From: Clostridia bacterium
GTDB taxonomy: Bacteria > Bacillota > Clostridia > Oscillospirales > CAG-272
Direction of reading: 5' to 3'
NCBI GenBank assembly: GCA_900768535.1
Contig: CAAGDE010000001.1
Span: forward strand, 1,498 to 65,497
DNA: 64,000 nt
The notes beneath the pieces were generated by a model that worked only from the letters and a program-made list of their open reading frames with translations, was not told where the DNA came from and searched no databases. Positions 26,313-35,090 of the stretch are shown in pieces. The first letter of the stretch is position 1. Each line of letters opens with the position of its first letter. The position numbers and the translations under genes were made by a program.

Positions 26313-27542
26313 ATGAAGCACAAACAGAACACACAAAAAAACTCAGCAGGCGGGAAGGCGGTTCTGATCGGCGTCGTTTTCTGCCTTTCCTATCTTGCAA
26401 GCTACTACATCCGGAAGCTGCTGGGGCTTTCGAGAACGGACATCATCGATGAAAAGCTCTTCTCCAAGCTGGAGCTCGACAGCTTTCAGTCGCTTTACAT
26501 GGTCTTTTATGCGGCAGGACAGCTGATCAACGGGATCATCGGCGATTTTTTGCCGCCGCGCCGCATGATTGCGCTCGGCTTTGTCCTGTCCGGCGTTTCG
26601 ATGATTGTTTTCCCGCTCACGGGGAACTACTGGCTCTCGCTTTTCTGCTTTGCCGTCTTCGGCTACGGGCTTTCCATGCTCCGCGGACCGATGATGAAGC
26701 TGATTGCGGAAAACACCGACCCCGGGCAGGCAAGAATCATCTGCACCTTCTTTAACTTTTCCTGCTATTTCGGGGTGTTCATCGCCTCCGTGTTCGTTTC
26801 GCTCTTTGCCTGGAGGATTTCGTTTCTTGTGTCGGGAGGCATCACGCTGGCGGTGGCGGTTGCCATTTGGCTGTTCATCCGCAGGATGGAGAACAGCGGA
26901 CACTTCCGGACCGGGCAGGCTGACGCGGCGCGGCAACCGATGACCTGGGGGGAGATTCTGAAGATTTTCCGGCTTCCGAGCTTTGTCTATTTCCTTCTCA
27001 TCGGCGGACTGATCGAAACGGCAAATACCACCATCAACTATTGGATTCCCTCCTTTGTCCAGGGCTATCTGGGGCAGTCCGCGGAGTTTTCCAATGTGGT
27101 TGCTTCGGTGATTTCGGTTGTGATTGCGAGCTGCTCCTTTGTGGCACTGTTTCTGTATCACGTCAGCCGGAGGAGGACAAAGCCGGTGATTCTCGGGCTG
27201 TTTTTGCTGTCTGGACTGGCGTTCCTCACGGTTCTGCTGTCGGACTCCCTGTGGGGGAGCCTGATCGGACTGCTTCTGGCGCTCCTGTTCATCGGATGCG
27301 TCTCCTCGCTGATGTGGTCGATCTATATCCCAAGCCTTGCAAGGACGGGAAAGGTCTCGGGGGCAAACGGTGTGCTGGATTGCTTCGGGTATCTGTTTGC
27401 ATCGGGGGCGAACGTGCTGTTCTCGTTTTTGGCGGGGGATCCGGAGGCGCCGACCTGGAACCGGCTGATCCTTGCATGGATCGGGATTTCGGTGATCGGC
27501 ATCCTGCTCACGGTCTTCCGGCGCGAGCCGAAGGCGGAGTAG
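26313..27542 (+). CDS. MFS transporter
   Basis: Start at MKHKQN (ATG 26313 after GGGAG). Multiple transmembrane segments. Resembles 11873..13099. Confidence 0.85.
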   Translation: MKHKQNTQKNSAGGKAVLIGVVFCLSYLASYYIRKLLGLSRTDIIDEKLFSKLELDSFQSLYMVFYAAGQLINGIIGDFLPPRRMIALGFVLSGVSMIVFPLTGNYWLSLFCFAVFGYGLSMLRGPMMKLIAENTDPGQARIICTFFNFSCYFGVFIASVFVSLFAWRISFLVSGGITLAVAVAIWLFIRRMENSGHFRTGQADAARQPMTWGEILKIFRLPSFVYFLLIGGLIETANTTINYWIPSFVQGYLGQSAEFSNVVASVISVVIASCSFVALFLYHVSRRRTKPVILGLFLLSGLAFLTVLLSDSLWGSLIGLLLALLFIGCVSSLMWSIYIPSLARTGKVSGANGVLDCFGYLFASGANVLFSFLAGDPEAPTWNRLILAWIGISVIGILLTVFRREPKAE

Positions 27543-27658
27543 GGAACCGCCGGGAATTCTGCAGAACGGGGGAAATCAAACACCGCTACGAGCGCATCAA
27601 GCGGATCGGGGATCTGTCAAAAGCGGCGGAATGAAGCGCACTGCAGATTGACCGACAG

Positions 27659-27694
27659 ACCGGCGCCTGTTACACGATTGTAACAGGCGCCGGT
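27659..27694. repeat. Conserved palindromic element, copy 3 (ACCGGCGCCTGTTACA-cgat-TGTAACAGGCGCCGGT)
   Basis: Perfect 16-bp stem with a 4-nt loop, between convergent genes. Confidence 0.85.
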
Positions 27695-27699
27695 TGTAT

Positions 27700-28674
27700 T
27701 TACCGTGCGTAATCTGCAACGGCGAGGATGGGGTTGTGGTCGGAGGGGTTCTGAATTTCGGGTGATTGCTTGACAAAAAAGCGGGTTGCGGTGAACGCGC
27801 CTGGGGTGACGAGGATATAGTCAAACGAGAAGTCCGCGCCTGCCCAGCTGCCGGACCAGTCGGTTTGCTCCGCGAGGTCCCGGATGTCGGTCAGCAGTCC
27901 GCTTTCCAGCAGCTCCGTGATGCCGCCGAGCCGGTACTCCTCCGGCTTCGAGTCACGGATTCCGTTGAGGTCGCCCATCAGCACAACCGCCGAGCCCGCC
28001 GGAATCTCCTCGCGCATCAGCCGGATCAGATGTCCTGCCTGTGCGATCCGCGCCCGGTTGCGCTCCGGGAAGATTTCCTTATTATTGGAGTTATTCTCCA
28101 GGTGTGTTCCGATGACCGTCAGTGTCCTGCCCGTAAGTCGGTCACGCAGCTCCGCAAAGGTTGCAAACCGGTAGTGGTGGCTTTCGGGTACCTTGGAATA
28201 TTTGGTTGGCGTATCGGTCAGGCAGTAGGTGTAGGTACTGACCGATTCAAAACGCTCGCGGCGGTAGAGGATTGCATTTCCGGTTGCGTATTTTCCGCCA
28301 AAGACGGTGCTGACCCAGCCGTAGGTTTCTGCCAGCTCCGGATGTTCTTCCCAGAGCTGATCGGTGCTTTCGTTGAGGACGGTGAGATCCGCGTTCAGCT
28401 TGTTCAGCACGCGGAGTACACTCTGATCGTGTGCGGTATTGCCTTCCTCATAGCCGTGGATGTTCCACGAAAGCAGACGGATTGCGGTGCTCGGTGCGAT
28501 CGGTTCGTTTGTTTGCTGCATGGTGGTTTGGTTCTCCTTTTCGGTGGCGGTGTCGGTTCCGGTCTGCTCCTCCCCGGCGGGTGTGGAATTGCACGCGCCG
28601 AGGGTGAAACCGAGGAGCAGGAGCAGGAGCGGAAAGAGACACAATCCCCGCTTTTTCTTCTTTGTTTTCATCAT
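27700..28674 (-). CDS. Endonuclease/exonuclease/phosphatase (EEP) family lipoprotein
   Basis: Lipobox LGFTLGAC. LLSWNIHGY, LTVLNES, MGDLNG and C-terminal NPSDHNPILA are EEP signature blocks. Confidence 0.85.
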   Translation of the reverse strand: MMKTKKKKRGLCLFPLLLLLLGFTLGACNSTPAGEEQTGTDTATEKENQTTMQQTNEPIAPSTAIRLLSWNIHGYEEGNTAHDQSVLRVLNKLNADLTVLNESTDQLWEEHPELAETYGWVSTVFGGKYATGNAILYRRERFESVSTYTYCLTDTPTKYSKVPESHHYRFATFAELRDRLTGRTLTVIGTHLENNSNNKEIFPERNRARIAQAGHLIRLMREEIPAGSAVVLMGDLNGIRDSKPEEYRLGGITELLESGLLTDIRDLAEQTDWSGSWAGADFSFDYILVTPGAFTATRFFVKQSPEIQNPSDHNPILAVADYAR

Positions 28675-28684
28675 GGTTTTTCGG

Positions 28685-30889
28685 TCAGTCGGGAAGGATG
28701 GTAACGGCTCCGGTCAGCGCGTAATGATCGCTGGGGAGGATGTCGCGGAAGGTTTCCGTCACGATGTCCATCTGCGAGATATAGAAGGTTCCGGTGCCGG
28801 CAAAGATATAATCGAGGAAGACCTTCTTTCCTTCGTAGCCGTGGTGCGTGCCCTGATTGAATGCGGGCGCGGAATCGGCTTCATAGCGGATGTCGGATGC
28901 CACGGACGTCAGTGCGGTGTAGGCGGGGGAGTTCGCCTTGTCATTGAAGTCCCCGACGATGAAGAAGGGCAGGGTATGATCGAACATCGCATCGGAGGCA
29001 ATCAGCTCCGCGAGCTTTTCCGCCTGCTTCCGGCGCAGGGTGCTTCCCACGGATTCCAGCTCCGCAACCTGCCCCTTGTAGGAGAAGTGCGTGTCGCAGA
29101 ATGCAAAGCGGTTGCCGGTTTTTTTTTCGGAAAGCACCGCATAGACTGCTTTGCGGGGATAGAAGGACGCTCCCTGCCGGTTGGCTTCAACGGCTTCTTC
29201 AAACAGGGAATTCGGTGTGTCCGGGGTGTCGGACAGCCATTTCGTGCCCGATGCGACCAAATCAAACCGATCCTTGCGCCACAGAATGAACAGTCCCTCC
29301 TCTCCGTTCTCTCCCACAGGGGACCCGGTGAGTTCGTAATGCTTCATCAGTTCCCCGTTTGCGCGATACATGGCAAGAATCCGATCCGATACCTCCTGCA
29401 ATCCGATCACATCTGGCATCAGCGAGAGGAACATTTCCACGGCGGATGCGGTGCGCACCTCATCGGTCAGGGTGCCGAACTCGCCCGCCTCGTAGCTTGC
29501 GGCATTCAGGACATTGAACGACATGACATCCAGCGCGGTGATATCCCCGGCAATCTCCCTGCACGCGGCGAGCATTTCCGCATTGGAGCGGGTCTCACCG
29601 ATGCCGGCAACCACCTTTGCGGCGGTGCGGCGGCAGCTGGCTTTCTCCGGCTCAGCATAGTAGACAAACGGCGTGTCCTCAATGGTAAAGGTCACATATG
29701 CCCGTGCAATGAAGGTCTTGCCCTCCAGTGCTGCCGAATCGACAAACGCGTGGCTTTGGCGGAGAATGCCGTCCGCATCGGAGACGGTGCGGGGCGCGGC
29801 ACTGCGGAGAATGCCTGGCGTTTCCAGCGTCAGTTCGCCGGTGTAGGCGCTGCTCTCCTGCAGGATGACTCCCACCTCTGCTGCACTGGCTTCCGGCACA
29901 GCCTTGAGCGCCGTATAGAAGCGCAGACCCGCGCCGCCGCTCCAGCGTACCGCACTGCCTGTTACGGAGAGAGGACGGAGGATCTGCAGGGCTTCGTCGG
30001 CGGGCATGAGCGTTCCGGTTTTGGTGGTCACGCGGAGATTGGTAAACTGCACGTCCCAGCGCTTGTCGGCGGTGGACTGATAATAGAACATGACCGGTGC
30101 GTCCGCCCACTGCGCATACGAGACGGAAACAGGAATGTCATCCACAAAGCTCTCGATTTTGGCGGTATAGGTCTTTCCGTCCACCTCCCAGCTTCCCTTG
30201 GTACAGCTGACCGACACATAGACCGAGCAGTTCTTCTTCGGCTTGTGTCCGGTCGTCAGCGCGGCGCTCTCAAACGCGGTTTTCTCACCGCCGGCAACGG
30301 TCCAGGTGCTGTAGTCGGAGAGCTTTGTTCCGGTGAAGCCGGTAAAGGTGAAATTGTCGTAGCCGTTGAAATAGGAGACGCCGTCCGTCGTCTTTGACTG
30401 ATAGAACAGCGCCAGCCCGAAGGCACCATTGGGGGCGTACTGCCGCTCCAGGTAGGAAACGGTGAACTGATCCAGCCCGGCGAGCACCGATGCGGGAACC
30501 ACCGTTAGGAAGCCTTCTCCGGCGTTGGGATTCTTGTCATTGCTCATGCTGAAAACATTCTTTGAGGTCGTCTCGGAGGCATGATTGCCCATGATGTCCA
30601 GCTTTTTGCTCACAACCTCAAACTGTTTGGAGAAGTCGGTCGTGCCGCTTCCGACAACGGTTTGGTCATAGAGGTTGTTCAGCGGGGAAAGACCGTCCCG
30701 CTTTTCCGTGCTGTTCCCGGCGGTCAGATCGGCAAGCTTTTTGCCCGTATGGTCTTCATAGAATAGCTCCGTTTCCGCAGAGGCACTGATGAGCACCTGC
30801 TTTCCCTCTGCGAAAGTGGCGATCGGCAGGGAAAGGAGCATGGCAACCAGCGCAAGGACGGACAGGGCTGACAGAATTCTTTTTTTCAT
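28685..30889 (-). CDS. Secreted 734-aa protein: about 290-aa N-terminal module shared with 33747..35051, an Ig-like module, and a C-terminal EEP domain
   Basis: Signal peptide. N-terminal half aligns with the 434-aa protein (KKLADLTAGN, ETTSKN[VL]FSMSN, DQFTVSY[LI]ERQY, QWADAPVMFYY, WDVQFTN). EEP blocks are MSFNVLN, IGLQEV, VGDFND and PSDHYAL. Confidence 0.85.
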   Translation of the reverse strand: MKKRILSALSVLALVAMLLSLPIATFAEGKQVLISASAETELFYEDHTGKKLADLTAGNSTEKRDGLSPLNNLYDQTVVGSGTTDFSKQFEVVSKKLDIMGNHASETTSKNVFSMSNDKNPNAGEGFLTVVPASVLAGLDQFTVSYLERQYAPNGAFGLALFYQSKTTDGVSYFNGYDNFTFTGFTGTKLSDYSTWTVAGGEKTAFESAALTTGHKPKKNCSVYVSVSCTKGSWEVDGKTYTAKIESFVDDIPVSVSYAQWADAPVMFYYQSTADKRWDVQFTNLRVTTKTGTLMPADEALQILRPLSVTGSAVRWSGGAGLRFYTALKAVPEASAAEVGVILQESSAYTGELTLETPGILRSAAPRTVSDADGILRQSHAFVDSAALEGKTFIARAYVTFTIEDTPFVYYAEPEKASCRRTAAKVVAGIGETRSNAEMLAACREIAGDITALDVMSFNVLNAASYEAGEFGTLTDEVRTASAVEMFLSLMPDVIGLQEVSDRILAMYRANGELMKHYELTGSPVGENGEEGLFILWRKDRFDLVASGTKWLSDTPDTPNSLFEEAVEANRQGASFYPRKAVYAVLSEKKTGNRFAFCDTHFSYKGQVAELESVGSTLRRKQAEKLAELIASDAMFDHTLPFFIVGDFNDKANSPAYTALTSVASDIRYEADSAPAFNQGTHHGYEGKKVFLDYIFAGTGTFYISQMDIVTETFRDILPSDHYALTGAVTILPD

Positions 30890-30902
30890 GACGGTTTCTC
30901 CT

Positions 30903-31139
30903 TTATCGGATCTCCGGCGACCAAAGTCCGCCGTCCGGGTCGGTTACAGGCTCGGTGGGCGCTTCGGTTGCGGGCTGGGTGGGTGTTTCACCGCCCCTTT
31001 GCGTGGCGGCTTCGGTGGGCTGCTCCGTAACGGAAGCGGACGGGGCGGTACCGTCTTCCCGCGGTTTATCTCCCGCGCACGCTGTGAGAAATGTACCAAG
31101 CAGCGTCAGAACAAGGACCAGAATCAGAATTCGTTTCAT
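30903..31139 (-). CDS. Small (78 aa) Thr/Pro/Glu-rich lipoprotein, paralog of 9157..9390
   Basis: MKRILILVLVLTLLGTFLTAC lipobox. AAGGAGA lies 7 nt upstream. Tail is ATEAPTEPVTDPDGGLWSPEIR. Confidence 0.6.
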   Translation of the reverse strand: MKRILILVLVLTLLGTFLTACAGDKPREDGTAPSASVTEQPTEAATQRGGETPTQPATEAPTEPVTDPDGGLWSPEIR

Positions 31140-31181
31140 ATCGGATTCTCCTTTTCGAATAATGTTCTTCAATTTTTTCAT

Positions 31182-33581
31182 TTACTCCCCGAACAGCTCG
31201 AACAGGACATCCTCCGACGGTTCGGGGAGGCGGAGTGCCTGAATTTCACGGAGCGCGCGGGCGGGGGCGGCGGCGTGTGCCTGTGCGATCTTCCAGACGG
31301 CGGTTTTTGTCTCCACGGGAAGCTGCGCCTGCATCAGAAACGCAAAAACACGGTCTGCACGGTCGGAACCGCTGTCGGGGAAGCAGTTCTCAAGCGTTAC
31401 AACCAGCACTTCCCCCGGCGGGAGCGGCTCCGTCTCCACCGTCAGCGTGCGGGTGTCCTTATCATAGACCGCACCGGGCAAGTCTTTTGCGCGAACTCCC
31501 GGTGCAAAGCCGCGGAAATGCAGACGCCGGGTGCGGGAAGCGGGGAGCAGGTCGGTGTCGCCTTCGGTTTCCGCCGTCAGCGTGGCAGAGCCGTCCGACC
31601 AGTCCAGCCGGAAGCGGGTAAATGTGCACTTCCCGGTCTTCCAGCCGTCTCCGTCTCCGGCATCCTCAAAGAGCGTATACTGCCCGGAGGCGCCGGGGAA
31701 GATGTAGACATCCAGTGCGGCAGGGTTGCCGGTTTCCATGCTGTCTTCCGCAGATGCCAGCGGGATGATTGCGCCCGCGGGGGCAAGCACCGGCATCCGG
31801 TCAATCCCGCGTGCCAGTGTTGTGCGTCCCTGCCCGCGGTAGACCCTGCCGGAGAAGACATCGGTCCATAGCCCGTCCGGAATCCAAACAGGAACACGTG
31901 CCATGCCGGTTTGAAAATCTGTGGGGGACGTGATCGGGCAGACCAGCAGTCCGGGACCGAAGAAATACTGATTCGGGAAGCAGTAGGCGTCCGGTTCGTC
32001 CGGATAGCGGTAATAGAGCGGGGTGAGCATCGGCACGAGCTCGGTGTGCGCCGTGTACATGGCGGTGTAGAGATAGGGGATCAGGCGGTGGCGCAGGACG
32101 AACCAGTATTTCGCCCGCCGTGCGGTCTCCTCGCCCCAGACCCACGGCTCCTTGGCACAGAACGGGTTGTTGCTTGCGTGCATCCGCAGGACTGGGGAGA
32201 AGACCCCGAACTGAAGCCAGCGCAGGTAAAGCTCCCGTTCCCGCACGCCTGCTTTGAAGCCGCCGATATCGTGACTCCAGCAGCCGTAGCCGACATTTGC
32301 GGCGGTGGCTGTGAAGTAGGGCTGGAAGGTGAGTGATGACCAGGTTGCTACGGTATCGCCGGAGAAGCCGAAGGGGTAACGGTGACTGCCAAGCCCCGCG
32401 TACCGGGAGAGAATCATGCCGCGGCGCGTGTGGCTGTTGGCGGCAAGATAATGGTAATGGTTCAGTGCCCAGAGCGGATCCAGCCCGGAGGTGCCGCTCT
32501 CTGTGCCCTGCTGCCAGTCGATCCACCAGAAGTCCGCTCCGGCGTCCTCCTGCGGGTAGATCAGGCAGGAAAAATAGGCATCCCAATGCCGGAGCGACGC
32601 GGCATCGAAGCGCACCGGGTCACCGCAGGCGGGATCCATTCCCATCCGCACCGCCATATCCCGGTATGCGTCCTCATACGCCTGAACCCCGTCGGCAGGG
32701 TGCAGGTTGAGGGCGGAATGCAGACCGCGCCGATGAAGATCGCCGAGAAAGCGTGCGGGGTCGGGGAACAGGTCGCGGTTCCAGCTGTAGCCCGTCCAGC
32801 CTCTGCCGTATTCCGGGGGAATGTCGGTTTTGTGCCAATCCATGTCGAGCACGGCGACCGAGAAGGGATACCCCTCGGAGCGGAACCGGTCCATCAGGGC
32901 GAGGTAGTCATCGGCGGTATACCGGCGGTACCGGCTCCACCAGTTGCCCAGCGCCCAGCGCGGCACCATGGGCGGCGCACCGCAAAGGCGGTAGAAATCC
33001 GCAATTGCACCGGTATAATCGTGCCCGTAGCAGAGGAAATAGGCATCGGTGTTGCCGGGGCGGCGCGGTGCGGTCGAACCGTCCTCTTCCAGCAGGCGTG
33101 TTCCGGAATCGTCAAACCAGCTTCTCCCGGAGGAATCGAGCAGACCGAAGCCGAGCGGGCAGGCGCCGTCCAGCTTATCCAGTGTGCGCGCGGTGCCCAT
33201 GAGGTTATGGTGGCGCGGGGGATTGCCGTAGGTATCGGTGCCGTATTTCCAGCAGGCGCCGTAGTTTGTGTAGCGGTTTTTCGCGTCAATACGAAGGGAA
33301 TCGGGGGTAAAGGCGCCCCCGCGATAGGTCAGCCGGAACGCCTCGGTGGAGAGCTCCAGCACGCCCTCACGCTCGGTGACATGAAATTCGGGCGTCGGAA
33401 AATCGCGGCAGAGAACCGTCTGTGACGGTCGGTCTTCAAAAATGCCGTCCGGGCTGTATTCCATGCGCAACAGGCGGGATGTCAGAACGGTGAAGCGGTA
33501 GGTCCTGCCGCAGACTTCGCTTTCCGCGCGGCTTTTCGGACGGACATCAAAGGCGTCCGTCAGACGTTGGTTCCAGTTCAT
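31182..33581 (-). CDS. GH31-family glycosidase, cytoplasmic
   Basis: WALGNWWSRY, VAVLDMDWH, FWWIDWQQG, RYPFGFSGDTVATW and WSHDIGGF are GH31 blocks. Start set at MNWNQR (33581) because the track start at 33626 overlaps the mini-ORF. The start is uncertain. Confidence 0.85.
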   Translation of the reverse strand: MNWNQRLTDAFDVRPKSRAESEVCGRTYRFTVLTSRLLRMEYSPDGIFEDRPSQTVLCRDFPTPEFHVTEREGVLELSTEAFRLTYRGGAFTPDSLRIDAKNRYTNYGACWKYGTDTYGNPPRHHNLMGTARTLDKLDGACPLGFGLLDSSGRSWFDDSGTRLLEEDGSTAPRRPGNTDAYFLCYGHDYTGAIADFYRLCGAPPMVPRWALGNWWSRYRRYTADDYLALMDRFRSEGYPFSVAVLDMDWHKTDIPPEYGRGWTGYSWNRDLFPDPARFLGDLHRRGLHSALNLHPADGVQAYEDAYRDMAVRMGMDPACGDPVRFDAASLRHWDAYFSCLIYPQEDAGADFWWIDWQQGTESGTSGLDPLWALNHYHYLAANSHTRRGMILSRYAGLGSHRYPFGFSGDTVATWSSLTFQPYFTATAANVGYGCWSHDIGGFKAGVRERELYLRWLQFGVFSPVLRMHASNNPFCAKEPWVWGEETARRAKYWFVLRHRLIPYLYTAMYTAHTELVPMLTPLYYRYPDEPDAYCFPNQYFFGPGLLVCPITSPTDFQTGMARVPVWIPDGLWTDVFSGRVYRGQGRTTLARGIDRMPVLAPAGAIIPLASAEDSMETGNPAALDVYIFPGASGQYTLFEDAGDGDGWKTGKCTFTRFRLDWSDGSATLTAETEGDTDLLPASRTRRLHFRGFAPGVRAKDLPGAVYDKDTRTLTVETEPLPPGEVLVVTLENCFPDSGSDRADRVFAFLMQAQLPVETKTAVWKIAQAHAAAPARALREIQALRLPEPSEDVLFELFGE

Positions 33582-33588
33582 ACCGTTG

Positions 33589-33717
33589 TCAGTAGCTTTC
33601 GCCGTCACCGTATCCGTTTCCGTCAACGCTCAGCTGTCCGCCGGCTTCCGATGTCCGTACAATGTCTCCGTCTGCCAGCCGGATGTACCGTGCCGTCGGT
33701 GTTTCATAGCTTTTCAT
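33589..33717 (-). CDS. Mini-ORF, 42 aa (MKSYETPTARYIRLADGDIVRTSEAGGQLSVDGNGYGDGESY); family copy 3
   Basis: ATG 33717 is preceded by GGGAGGAAAC and lies 29 nt after the upstream stop. Its stop is 7 nt before the GH31 ATG at 33581. Confidence 0.5.
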   Translation of the reverse strand: MKSYETPTARYIRLADGDIVRTSEAGGQLSVDGNGYGDGESY

Positions 33718-33746
33718 GATGTGTTTCCTCCCGTAAAGTATGATTT

Positions 33747-35051
33747 TTATACTGCCGGAGCCTGTGCGATCAGTACGCCGGCACGGTAGATGACCGTATA
33801 GGCAGTGCCGGCGGTCCGGACTCCGCCCTTTTCGAACCACGGAGTGACCGTAAAGGTCGCGGTACCGACCGCATCCGGGATTCCCGTGATCGAGTAAGCC
33901 ATCAGATATCTGCCGCCGAGCGCCTCGGCATTGACCAGCACCGTACTGCTGTCGGCGGCGGTTGCCAGAAGCCCGGTATAGACCGTGTTCAGCGCACGGC
34001 CGTAGGTCTTGGCGGATACACTGCCGGCTTCGTAGACTGCGTCAATGGTGAATCCGACCGCGCTGTAGTCCGTCGAATCCACGGTTGCAATGAACCGGAC
34101 GCCGAAGCTGCCGTCGGCGGTACGGCTTTCCTGACAGCCGCGATAGACCACGCCCGTACCGGCGGTTCCGTCCGTGTCAAGATGCGCGTTCCGCGTGGTG
34201 ACCGTAATGTTGGTAAACTGCACGTCCCAGCGGTCCGCATTGGATTCATAGTAAAACATCACCGGCGCGTCCGCCCACTGACCGTAGGAGACCGCAATCA
34301 GATCATCGTCCACATAGCTTTCGATCTTTGCCGTGCAGGTCCTGCCGTCTGCCGTGTAGGTTCCCTTTGTGCAGGTGACCGAAACGTAGACGGACTTATT
34401 TCTTGCCGGTTTGGTGGTCATCGCCGCGCAGTCCGCATCGGTGCGGATACCGTTTTCCAGTGTGTAAGCGGCATACGTGCCGAATGCATTTCCGGTAAAG
34501 CCGGTGAAGCTGAAATTGTCGTATCCGTTGAAATACCGGATGCCGTCCGCTTCCGTTGCTGCATTGTAGAACAGCGCCAGCCCGAATGCGCCGCCGGTCG
34601 GTTTGTACTGACGCTCGATATAGGAGACGGTAAACTGATCCAGCCCCGTCATTGCGGCGGTGGGAACCACGGTCAGAAATCCTTTTCCGGCGTTCGGTTC
34701 CGCTTCGTTACTCATCGAGAACAAATTTTTTGAGGTGGTTTCTCCGGCGTGTTTTCCCTGCAGACTCAGTTTCTTTGATGTTACTTCAAACTGCTTTCCG
34801 TCCATATTCGGAAAATCCGTGTAGCCCGAACCGACGATTTTCTGATCGTAGAGATTGTCCAGCGGTGTTTTTCCGTCCAGGGTGTGCGCGGTGTCATTGC
34901 CGGCGGTGAGATCAGCCAGCTTTTTACCCACATGATCCTCCGAATACACCGTGCGGGTATCGGGATTGTAGACGGGCTCCGCCCCTGCGGGAAGGGCAAA
35001 CAGCGGAACGGCTAACGCGAGAATGAGAAGCAGGGTAACAAATCGTTTCAT
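33747..35051 (-). CDS. Secreted 434-aa protein: shared N-terminal module plus C-terminal Ig-like module; function unknown
   Basis: Signal peptide MKRFVTLLLILALAVPLFALPAGA. GGAGGA RBS. Paralogous to the N-terminal half of 28685..30889. Confidence 0.8.
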   Translation of the reverse strand: MKRFVTLLLILALAVPLFALPAGAEPVYNPDTRTVYSEDHVGKKLADLTAGNDTAHTLDGKTPLDNLYDQKIVGSGYTDFPNMDGKQFEVTSKKLSLQGKHAGETTSKNLFSMSNEAEPNAGKGFLTVVPTAAMTGLDQFTVSYIERQYKPTGGAFGLALFYNAATEADGIRYFNGYDNFSFTGFTGNAFGTYAAYTLENGIRTDADCAAMTTKPARNKSVYVSVTCTKGTYTADGRTCTAKIESYVDDDLIAVSYGQWADAPVMFYYESNADRWDVQFTNITVTTRNAHLDTDGTAGTGVVYRGCQESRTADGSFGVRFIATVDSTDYSAVGFTIDAVYEAGSVSAKTYGRALNTVYTGLLATAADSSTVLVNAEALGGRYLMAYSITGIPDAVGTATFTVTPWFEKGGVRTAGTAYTVIYRAGVLIAQAPAV

Positions 35052-35090
35052 GTTGGTTTCCTCCGTTTTTTTACAGAAATTCATGTTGGA

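Noticed and set aside
27041-27634. 197-aa alternative-frame ORF overlapping the end of the MFS gene and running into the intergenic region.
   Set aside because: It is out of frame with the clearly hydrophobic MFS reading frame, and its product is Gly/Arg-rich. The short tail beyond 27542 shows no convincing protein signature.
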